DNA of 64,000 nt from Eledone cirrhosa (lineage: Eukaryota): contig OZ024744.1 of assembly GCA_964016885.1 (NCBI GenBank), forward strand, positions 131,564,001 through 131,628,000, in the 5' to 3' direction. Within the stretch, counting starts at the first letter, position 1. The number at the start of each line of letters is the position of its first letter. This document shows positions 1 through 10,565 of the stretch, piece by piece. The position numbers and the translations under genes were made by a program. A model generated the notes under the pieces. The model was not told where the DNA came from. It saw only the letters and a program-made list of their open reading frames with translations, and ran no database searches.

Positions 1-2132
1 TAAGTTAAGTTGGGGGCAAGTTAAGTTGGGGTTAAGTTAAGTTGGGGTTAAATTAAGTTGGGGTTAAGTTTAGTTGGTGTTAAGTTAAGTTGGGGTTTAT
101 TTAAGTTGGGGTTAATTAAGTTGGGGTTAAGTTAAGTTGGGGTTAAGTTAAGTTGGGGTTAATTTAAGTTGGGGTTGAGTTAAGTTGGGGTTAAGTTAAG
201 TTGGGTTTATATTAAGTTGGGGTTAAGTTAAGTTGGGGTTAAGTTAAGTTGGGGTTCAGTTAAGTTGCGGTTAAGTTAAGTTGGGGTTAAGTTAAGTTGG
301 GGTTAAGTTAAGTTGGGGTTAAGTTAAGTTGGGGTTAATTTAAGTTGGTGTTAAGTTAAGTTGGGGCTGAGTTAAGTTGGGGCTGAGTTAAGTTGGGGTT
401 AAGTTAAGTTGGGGTTGAGTTAAGTTGGGGTTAAGTTAAGTTGGGGTTAAGTTAAGTTGGGGTTAAGTTAAGTTGGGTTTAAGTTAAGTTGGGGTTTAGT
501 TAAGTTGGGGTTCAGTTAAGTTGGGGTTAAGTTAAGTTTGGGTTAAGTTGGGGTTAAATTAATTTGGGGTTAAGTTAAGTTGGGGTTTAGTTTAGTTGGG
601 GTTAAGTTAAGTTGGGGTTAATTTAAGTTGGGGTTAAGTTAAGTTGCGGGTAATTTAAGTTGGGATTAAGTTAAGTTGGGGTTAAGTTAAGATGGGGTTA
701 AGTTAAGTTGGGGTTAAGTTAAGTTGGGGTTAAGTTAAATTGGGGGTAAGTTAAGTTGGGGGTAAGTTAAGTTGGGGGCAAGTTAAGTTGGGGTTCAGTT
801 AAGTTGGGGTTAAATTAAGTTGGGGTTAAGTTTAGTTGGTGTTAAGTTAAGTTGGGGTTTATTTAAGTTGGGGTTAATTAAGTTGGGGTTAAGTTAAGTT
901 GGGGTTAAGTTAAGTTGGGGTTTAGTTAAGTTGGGGTTCAGTTAAGTTGGGGTTAAGTTAAGTTTGGGTTAAGTTGGGGTTAAATTAATTTGGGGTTAAG
1001 TTAAGTTGGGGTTTAGTTTAGTTGGGGTTAATATAAGTTGCGGGTAATTTAAGTTGGGGTTAAGTTAAGTTGGGGTTAAGTTAGTTGGGGTTAAGTTAAG
1101 TTGGGGTTAAGTTAAGTTGGGGTTAAGTTATGTTGGGGGTAAGTTAAGTTGGGGGTAAGTTAAGTTGGGGTTAAGTTAAGTTGGGGTTAAGTTAAGTTAG
1201 GGTTAAGTTAAGTTGGGGTTAAGTTAAGTTGGGGTTAAGTTAAATTGGGGTTAAGTTAAGTTGGGGTTGAGTTAAGTTGGGGTTAAGTTAAGTTGGGGTT
1301 ATGTTAAGTTGGGGTTAAGTTAAGTTGCGGTTAAGTTAAGTTGGGGTTAAGTTGGGGTTAAGTTAAGTGGTGGTTATGTTAAGTTGGGGTTAAGTTAAGT
1401 TGGGGTTAATTTAAATTGAGGTTAAGTTAACTTTGTGGTTAAGTTAAGTTGGGGCTAAATTATGTTGGGGCCAAGTTAAGTTGGGGCTAACTTAAGTTGG
1501 CTTTCAGTTAAGTTGGGGTTAAGTTAAGTTTGGGTTAAGTTGGGGTTAAATTAAGTTGGGGTTAAGTTAAGTTGGGGTTTAGTTAAGTTGGGGTTAAGTT
1601 AAGTTGGGGTTAATTTAAGTTGGGGTTAAGTTAAGTGGTGGTTATGTTAAGTTGGGGTTAAGTTAAGTTGGGGTTAATTTAAATTGGGGTTAAGTTAACT
1701 TTGTGGTTAAGTTAAGTTGGGGTTAAGTTAAGTTGGGGTTAAGTTAAGTTGGGGTTCAGTTAAGTTGCGGTTAAGTTAAGTTGCGGTTAAGTTAAGTTGG
1801 GGTTAAGTTAAGTTGGGGTTAAGTTAAGTTGGGGTCAAGTTAAGCTGGGGTTAAGTTAAGTTGGGGTTAAGTTAAGTTGGTTAGTTAAGTTGAGTTTAAG
1901 TTAAGCTGGGGTTAATTTAAGTTGGGTTTAAGTTAAGTTGGGGTTAAGTTAAGTTGGGGTTAAGTTAAGTTGGGGTTAAGTTAATTTGGGGTTCAGTTAA
2001 GTTGGGGTTAAGTCAAGTTGGGGTTAAGTTGGGGTTAAATTAATTTGGGGTTAAGTTAAGTTGGGGTTAAGTTAAGTTGGGGTTAAGTTAAGTTGGGGTT
2101 AAGTTAATTTGTGGTTAAGTTAAGTTGGGGTT

Positions 2133-2558
2133 AACCCCAACTTCACTCAACCCCACCTTAACTCAACCCCAACTTAACTTAACCCCAACTTCACTCAACC
2201 CCAACTTAACTTAACCCCAACTTCACTCAACCCCAACTTAACTCAACCCCAACTTAACTTAACCCCAACTTAACTTAACCCTAACTTAACTTAACCCCGA
2301 CTTAACTTAACTTCGACTTAACTTAATCCCAACTTAACTTAACCCCAACTTAACTTAACCCCAACTTAACTTAACCACAAATTAACTTAACCCCAACTTA
2401 AATTAACCCCAACTTAAATTAACCCCAACTTAACTTAACCCCAACTTAACTTAACCCCAACTTAACTCACACCCAACTTAACTTACCCCCAACTTAACTT
2501 AACCCCAACTTAGACTTAACCCAAACTTTACTTAACCCCAACTTAACTTAACCCCAAA
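2133..2558 (-). repeat. Inverted satellite island 1 (426 bp, type A)
   Basis: Switches to (AACCCCAACTTAACTT)n at GGGGTT|AACCCC and returns at CCCCAAATTCGGGG. Markers AATCCC, TTAGACTT and CCAAACTTTAC are shared with island 17. Confidence 0.97.
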
Positions 2559-5500
2559 TTCGGGGTTAAGTTAAGTTGGGGTTAAGTTAAGTTAGGCTTA
2601 ACTTAAGTTGGGGTTAAGTTAAGTTGGGGGTAAGTTAAGTTCTGGGTAAGTTAAGTTGGGGTTAAGTTAAGTTGGGGTTAAGTTGGGGTTAATTTAAGTT
2701 AGGGTTAAGTTAAGTTGGGGTTGAGTTAAGTTGGGGTTAAGTTAAGTTGGGGTTAAGTTAAGTTGGGGTCAAGTTAAGTTGGGGTTAAAATTAAGTTGGG
2801 GTTAAGTCAAGTTGGGGTTAAGTTAAGTTGGGTTTAATTTAGTTGGGGTTAAGTTAAGTTGGGGCTAAGTTAAGTTGAGGCTAAGTTAAGTTGGGGCTAA
2901 GTTAAGTTGGGGTTAAGTTAAGTTGGGGTTAAGTTAAGTTGGGGTTAATTTAAATTGGGGTTAAGTTAACTTTGTGGTTAAGTTAAGTTGGGGTTAAGTT
3001 AAGTTGGGGCTAAGTTAAGTTGGGGTTAAGTTAAGTTGGGGTTAAGTTAAGTTGGGGTTGAGTTAAGTTGGGGTTGAGTGAAGTTGGGGTTAATTTAAGT
3101 TGGGGTTAAATTAAGTTGGCGTTAAGTTAAGTTGGGTTTGAGTTAAGTTGGGGTTGAGTTAATTTAGGGTTAAGTTAAGTTGGGGTTAAGTTAAGTTGGG
3201 TTTAAGTTAAGTTGGGGTTAAATTAAGTTGGGGTTAAATTAAGTTGGGGTTAAGTTAAGTTGGGGTTTAGTTAAGTTGGAGTTAAGTTAAGTTGGGGTTA
3301 ATTTAAGTTGGGGTTAAGTTAAGTTGGTGTTAAGTTAAGTGGTGGTTATGTTAAGTTGGGGTTAAGTTAAGTTGGGGTTAATTTAAATTGGGGTTAAGTT
3401 AACTTTGTGGTTAAGTTAAGTTGGGGTTAAGTTAAGTTGGGGTTAATTTAAGTTGGGGTTGAGTTAAGTTGGGGTTGAGTTAATTTAGGGTTAAGTTAAG
3501 TTGGGCTTAAGTTAAGTTGGGTTTAAGTTAAGTTGGGGTTAAATTAAGTTGGGGTTAAGTTAAGTTGGGGGTAAGTTAAGTTGGGGGCAAGTTAAGTTGG
3601 GGTTAAGTTAAGTTGGGGTTAAATTAAGTTGGGGTTAAGTTTAGTTGGTGTTAAGTTAAGTTGGGGTTTATTTAAGTTGGGGTTAATTAAGTTGGGGTTA
3701 AGTTAAGTTGGGGTTAAGTTAAGTTGGGGTTAATTTAAGTTGGGGTTGAGTTAAGTTGGGGTTAAGTTAAGTTGGGTTTATATTAAGTTGGGGTTAAGTT
3801 AAGTTGGGGTTAAGTTAAGTTGGGGTTCAGTTAAGTTGCGGTTAAGTTAAGTTGGGGTTAAGTTAAGTTGGGGTTAAGTTAAGTTGGGGTTAAGTTAAGT
3901 TGGTGTTAAGTTAAGTTGGGGCTGAGTTAAGTTGGGGCTGAGTTAAGTTGGAGTTAAGTTAAGTTGGGGTTGAGTTAAGTTGGGGTTAAGTTAAGTTGGG
4001 GTTAAGTTAAGTTGGGGTTAAGTTAAGTTGGGTTTAAGTTAAGTTGGGGTTTAGTTAAGTTGGGGTTCAGTTAAGTTGGGGTTAAGTTAAGTTTGGGTTA
4101 AGTTGGGGTTAAATTAATTTGGGGTTAAGTTAAGTTGGGGTTAATTTAAGTTGGGGTTAAGTTAAGTTGCGGGTAATTTAAGTTGGGATTAAGTTAAGTT
4201 GGGGTTAAGTTAAGATGGGGTTAAGTTAAGTTGGGGTTACGTTAAGTTGGGGTTAAGTTAAATTGGGGGTAAGTTAAGTAGGGGGTAAGTTAAGATGGGG
4301 TTAAGTTAAGTTGGGGTTAAGTTAAGTTAGGGTTAAGTTAAGTTGGGGTTGAGTTCAGTTGGGGTTAAGTTAAGTTGGGGTTATGTTAAGTTGGGGTTAA
4401 GTTAAGTTGCGGTTAAGTTAAGTTGGGGTTAAGTTAAGTTGGGGTTAAGTTAAATTGGGGTTAAGTTAAGTTGGGGTTGAGTTAAGTTGGGGTTAAGTTA
4501 AGTTGGGGTTATGTTAAGTTGGGGTTAAGTTAAGTTGCGGTTAAGTTAAGTTGGGGTTAAGTTGGGGTTAAGTTAAGTTGGTGTTAAGTTAAGTTGGTGT
4601 TAAGTTAAGTTGGGGTTAAGTTAAGTTGGGGTTAATTTAAATTGGGGTTAAGTTAACTTTGTGGTTAAGTTAAGTTGGGGCTAAATTAAGTTGGGGCTAA
4701 GTTAAGTTGGGTCTAAGTTAAGTTGGGGTTCAGTTAAGTTGGGGTTAAGTTAAGTTTGGGTTAAGTTGGGTTTAAGTTAAGTTGGGGTTAAGTTAAGTTG
4801 GGGTTAATTTAAGTTGGGGTTAAGTTAAGTTGGGGTTAAGTTAAGTGGTGGTTATGTTAAGTTGAGGTTAAGTTAAGTTGGGGTTAATTTAAATTGGGGT
4901 TAAGTTAACTTTGTGGTTAAGTTAAGTTGGGGTTAAGTTAAGTTGGGGTTAAGTTAAGTTGGGGTTCAGTTAAGTTGCGGTTAAGTTAAGTTGGGGTTAA
5001 GTTAAGTTGGGGTCAAGTTAAGCTGGGGTTAAGTTAAGTTGGGGTTAAGTTAAGTTGGTTAGTTAAGTTGAGTTTAAGTTAAGTTGGGGTTAATTTAAGT
5101 TGGGTTTAAGTTAAGTTGGGGTTAAGTTAAGTTGGGGTTAAGTTAAGTTGGGGTTCAGTTAAGTTGGGGTTAAGTTAAGTTGGGGTTAAGATGGGGTTAA
5201 ATTAAGTTGGGGTTAAGTTAAGTTGGGGTTAAGTTAAGTTGGGGTTGAGTCGGGGTTAAGTTAAGTCGGGGTTATGTTAAGTTAGGGTTAAGTTAAGTTT
5301 GAGTTAAGTTAAGTTGGGGTGAGTTAAGTTGGGGTTGAGTTAAATTGGGGTGGAGTTAAGTTGGGGTTGAGTTAAGTTGGTGTTGAGTTAAGTTGGGGTT
5401 AAGTTAAGTTGCAGTTAAGTTAAGTTGAGGTTAAGTTAAGTAGGGGTTAAGTTAAGTTGGGGTTAAGTTAAGTTGGGGCTAAGTTAAGTTGGGGCTAAGT

Positions 5501-6267
5501 TAAGTTGGGGCTAAGTTAAGTTGGGGTTCAGTTAAGTTGGGGTTAAGTTAAGTTTGGGTTAAGTTGGGGTTAAATTAAGTTGGGGTTAAGTTAAGTTGGG
5601 GTTTAGTTAAGTTGGGGTTAAGTTAAGTTGGGGTTAATTTAAGTTGGGGTTAATTTAAGTTGGGGTCAACTTAAATTGGGGTTAAGTTAAGTTGGGTTTA
5701 AGTTAAGTTGGGGTTAAGTTAAGTGGGGGTTAAGTTAAGTTGGGGTTAATTTAAGTTGGTGTTAAGTTAAGTTGGGGCTAAGTTAAGTTGGGGCTAAGTT
5801 AAGTTGGGGTTAAGTTAAGTTGGGGTTAAGTTAAGGTGGGGTTAATTTAAGTTGGGGTCAACTTAAATTGGGGTTAAGTTAAGTTGGGTTTAAGTTAAGT
5901 TGGGGTTAAGTTAAGTGGGGGTTAAGTTAAGTTGGGGTTAATTTAAGTTGGTGTTAAGTTAAGTTGGGGTTAAGTTAAGTTGGGGTTAAGTTAAGTTGGT
6001 TAGTTAAGTTGAGTTTAAGTTAAGTTGGGGTTAATTTAAGTTGGGGTTAAGTTAAGTTGGGGTTAAGTTAAGTTGGGGTTAAGTTAAGTTGGGGTTAAGT
6101 TAATTTGGGGTTCAGTTAAGTTGGGGTTAAGTCAAGTTGGGGTTAAGTTGGGGTTAAATTAATTTGGGGTTAAGTTAAGTTGGGGTTAAGTTAAGTTGGG
6201 GTTAAGTTAAGTTGGGGTTAAGTTAAGTTGGGGTTAAGTTAATTTGTGGTTAAGTTAAGTTGGGGTT

Positions 6268-6692
6268 AACCCCACCTTCACTCAACCCCACCTTAATTCA
6301 ACCCCAACTTAACTTAACCCCAACTTCACTCAACCCCAACTTAACTTAACCCCAACTTCACTCAACCCCAACTTAACTCAACCCCAACTTAACTTAACCC
6401 CAACTTAACTTAACGCTAACTTAACTGAACCCCGACTTAACTTAACTTCGACTTAACTTAACCCCAACTTAAATTAACCCCAACTTAACTTAACCCCAAC
6501 TTAACTTAACCACAAATTAACTTAACCCCAACTTAAATTAACCCCAACTTAAATTAACCCCAACTTAACTTAACCCCAACTTAACTTAACCCCAACTTAA
6601 CTCACACCCAACTTAACTTACCCCCAACTTAACTTAACCCCAACTTGACTTAACCCCAACTTAACTTAACCCCAACTTAACTTAACCCCAAA
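6268..6692 (-). repeat. Inverted satellite island 2 (425 bp, type A)
   Basis: Same junctions. Markers CCCCACCTTCAC, AATTCAAC, AACGCTAAC and ACTGAACC are shared with island 3. Confidence 0.97.
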
Positions 6693-9600
6693 TTCGGGGT
6701 TAAGTTAAGTTGGGGTTAAGTTAAGTTAGGCTTAACTTAAGTTGGGGTTAAGTTAAGTTGGGGGTAAGTTAATTTCTGGGTAAGTTAAGTTGGGGTTAAG
6801 TTAAGTTGGGGTTAAGTTGGGGTTAAGTTAAGTTAGGGTTAAGTTAAGTTGGGGTTGAGTTAAGTTGGGGTTAAGTTAAGTTGGGGTTAAGTTAAGTTGG
6901 GGTAAAGTTAAGTTGGGTTTAAGTTAAGTTGGGGTTAAATTAAGTTGGGGTTAAATTAAGTTGGGGTTAAGTTAAGTTGGGGTTAAGTTAAGTTGGGGTT
7001 AAATTAAGTTGGGGTTACGTTAAGTTGGTGTTAAGTTAAGTTGGGGTTAATTTAAGTTGGGGTTAATTAAGTTAGGGTTCAGTTAAGTTGGGGTTAAGTT
7101 AAGTTGGGGTTAATTTAAGTTGGGGTTGAGTTAAGTTAGGGTTAAGTTAATTTGGGGTTATATTAAGTTGGGGTTAAGTTAAGGTGGGGTTAAGTTAAGT
7201 TGGGGTTCAGTTAAGTTGCGGTTAAGTTAAGTTGGGGTTAAGTTAAGTTGGGGTTAAGTTAAGTTGGGGTTAAGTTAAGTTGGGGTCAAGTTAAGTTGGG
7301 GTTAAGTTAAGTTGGGGTTAAGTTAAGTTGGTTAGTTAAGTTGAGTTTAAGTTAAGTTGGGGTTAATTTAAGTTGGGGTTAAGTTAAGTTGGTGTTAAGT
7401 TAAGTTGGGGCTAAGTTAAGTTGGGGCTGAGTTAAGTTGGGGTTAAGTTAAGTTGGGGTTGAGTTAAGTTGGGGTTAAGTTAAGTTGGGGTTAAGTTAAG
7501 TTGGGGTTTAGTTAAGTTGGGGTTCAGTTAAGTTGGGGTTAAGTTAAGTTGGGGTTAAGATGGGGTTAAATTAAGTTGGGGTTAAGTTAAGTTGGGGCTA
7601 AGTTAAGTTGGGGCTGAGTTAAGTTGGGGTTAAGTTAAGTTGGGGTTCAGTTAAGTCGGGGTTAAGTTAAGTCGGGGTTAAGTTAAGTTAGGGTTAAGTT
7701 AAGTTGGAGTTAAGTTAAGTTCTGGGTAAGTTAAGTTGGGGTTAAGTTAAGTTGGGGTTAAGATGGGGTTAAATTAAGTTGGGGTTAAGTTAAGTTGGGG
7801 TTAAGTTAAGTTGGGGTTAAGTTAAGTTGGGGTTAAGTTAAGTCGGGGTTAAGTTAAGTCGGGGTTAAGTTAAGTTGGGGTTAAGTTAAGTTGGGGTTAA
7901 GTTAAGTTAGGCTTAACTTAAGTTGGGCTTAAGTTAAGTTGGGGGTAAGTTAAGTTCTGGGTAAGTTAATTTGGGGTTAAGTTAAGTTGGATTTAAGTTG
8001 GGGTTAAGTTAAGTTAGGGTTAAGTTAAGTTGGGGTTGAGTTAAGTTGGGGTTAAGTTAAGTTGGGGTTAAGTTAAGTTGGGGTCAAGTTAAGTTGGGGT
8101 TAAAATTAAGTTGGGGTTAAGTCAAGTTGGGGTTAAGTTAAGTTGGGGTTAATTTAGTTGGGGTTAAGTTAAGTTGGGGCTAAGATAAGTTGGGGCTAAG
8201 TTAAGTTGGGGCTAAGTTAAGTTGGGGTTAAGTTAAGTTAGGGTTAAGTTAAGTTGGGGTTAATTTAAATTGGGGTTAAGTTAACTTTGTGGTTAAGTTA
8301 AGTTGGGGTTAAGTTAAGTTGGGGTTAAGTTAAGTTGGGGTTGAGTTAAGTTGGGGTTGAGTGAAGTTGGGGTTAAGTTACGTTGGGGTTAAGTTAAGAT
8401 GGCGTTAAGTTAAGTTGGGGTTGAGTTAAGTTGGGGTTGAGTTAATTTAGGGTTAAGTTAAGTTGGGGTAAAGTTAAGTTGGGTTTAAGTTAAGTTGGGG
8501 TTAAATCAAGTTGGGGTTAAGTTAAGTTGGTGTTAATTTAGTTGGGGTTAAGTTAAGTTGGGGCTAAGTTAAGTTGGGGTTAAGTTAAGTTGGGGTTAAG
8601 TTAAGTTGGTTAGTTAAGTTGAGTTTAAGTTAAGTTGGGGTTAATTTAAGTTGGGGTTAAGTTAAGTTGGTGTTAAGTTAAGTTGGGGCTAAGTTAAGTT
8701 GGGGCTGAGTTAAGTTGGGGTTAAGTTAAGTTGGGGTTGAGTTAAGTTGGGGTTAAGTTAAGTTGGGGTTAAGTTAAGTTGGGGTTTAGTTAAGTTGGGG
8801 TTCAGTTAAGTTGGGGTTAAGTTAAGTTGGGGTTAAGATGGGGTTAAATTAAGTTGGGGTTAAGTTAAGTTGGGGCTGAGTTAAGTTGGGGTTAAGTTAA
8901 GTTGGGGTTCAGTTAAGTCGGGGTTAAGTTAAGTCGGGGTTAAGTTAAGTTAGGGTTAAGTTAAGTTGGAGTTAAGTTAAGTTCTGGGTAAGTTAAGTTG
9001 GGGTTAAGTTAAGTTGGGGTTAAGATGGGGTTAAATTAAGTTGGGGTTAAGTTAAGTTGGGGTTAAGTTAAGTTGGGGTTAAGTTAAGTTGGGGTTAAGT
9101 TAAGTCGGGGTTAAGTTAAGTCGGGGTTAAGTTAAGTTGGGGTTAAGTTAAGTTGGGGTTAAGTTAAGTTAGGCTTAACTTAAGTTGGGCTTAAGTTAAG
9201 TTGGGGGTAAGTTAAGTTCTGGGTAAGTTAATTTGGGGTTAAGTTAAGTTGGGGTTAAGTTGGGGTTAAGTTAAGTTAGGGTTAAGTTAAGTTGGGGTTG
9301 AGTTAAGTTGGGGTTAAGTTAAGTTGGGGTTAAGTTAAGTTGGGGTCAAGTTAAGTTGGGGTTAAAATTAAGTTGGGGTTAAGTCAAGTTGGGGTTAAGT
9401 TAAGTTGGGGTTAATTTAGTTGGGGTTAAGTTAAGTTGGGGCTAAGATAAGTTGGGGCTAAGTTAAGTTGGGGCTAAGTTAAGTTGGGGTTAAGTTAAGT
9501 TAGGGTTAAGTTAAGTTGGGGTTAATTTAAATTGGGGTTAAGTTAACTTTGTGGTTAAGTTAAGTTGGGGTTAAGTTAAGTTGGGGTTAAGTTAAGTTGG

Positions 9601-10140
9601 GGTTGAGTTAAGTTGGGGTTGAGTGAAGTTGGGGTTAAGTTAAGTTGGGGTTAATTTAAGTTGGGGTTAAGTTAAGTCGGGCTTAAGTTAAGTTGGGGTT
9701 GAGTTAAGTTGGGGTTAATTTAAGTTGGGGCTAAGTTAATTTGTGGTTAAGTTAAGTTGGGGTTAAGTTAAGTTGGGGTTAAGTTAAGTTGGGGTTGAGT
9801 TAAGTTGGGGTTGAGTTAATTTAGGGTTAAGTTAAGTTGGGGTTAAGTTAAGTTGGGGTTAAGTTAAGTTGGTTAGTTAAGTTGAGTTTAAGTTAAGTTG
9901 GGGTTAATTTAAGTTGGGGTTAAGTTAAGTTGGGGTTAAGTTAAGTTGGGGTTAAGTTAAGTTGGGGTTAAGTTAATTTGGGGTTCAGTTAAGTTGGGGT
10001 TAAGTCAAGTTGGGGTTAAGTTGGGGTTAAATTAATTTGGGGTTAAGTTAAGTTGGGGTTAAGTTAAGTTGGGGTTAAGTTAAGTTGGGGTTAAGTTAAG
10101 TTGGGGTTAAGTTAATTTGTGGTTAAGTTAAGTTGGGGTT

Positions 10141-10565
10141 AACCCCACCTTCACTCAACCCCACCTTAATTCAACCCCAACTTAACTTAACCCCAACTTC
10201 ACTCAACCCCAACTTAACTTAACCCCAACTTCACTCAACCCCAACTTAACTCAACCCCAACTTAACTTAACCCCAACTTAACTTAACGCTAACTTAACTG
10301 AACCCCGACTTAACTTAACTTCGACTTAACTTAACCCCAACTTAAATTAACCCCAACTTAACTTAACCCCAACTTAACTTAACCACAAATTAACTTAACC
10401 CCAACTTAAATTAACCCCAACTTAAATTAACCCCAACTTAACTTAACCCCAACTTAACTTAACCCCAACTTAACTCACACCCAACTTAACTTACCCCCAA
10501 CTTAACTTAACCCCAACTTGACTTAACCCCAACTTAACTTAACCCCAACTTAACTTAACCCCAAA
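10141..10565 (-). repeat. Inverted satellite island 3 (425 bp, type A)
   Basis: Appears identical to island 2 at offset 3873. Confidence 0.97.

Noticed and set aside
2133-2558. Sequencing fold-back chimera as the cause of the inversions
   Set aside because: The island is not the mirror image of its adjacent flank, has the same breakpoints in 17 copies and carries lineage-specific variants, unlike random chimeric reads.
2131-2569. piggyBac-like or MITE element: island bounded by TTAA with inverted repeats
   Set aside because: TTAA occurs twice per monomer, so flanking TTAA is uninformative. The island has no distinct TIRs or transposase, and all copies share the same flanks, indicating co-duplication rather than independent insertion.
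2540-2580. Rho-independent terminator or structured ncRNA at junction hairpins
   Set aside because: There is no upstream gene and no U-tract; the hairpin is a direct by-product of the inversion.
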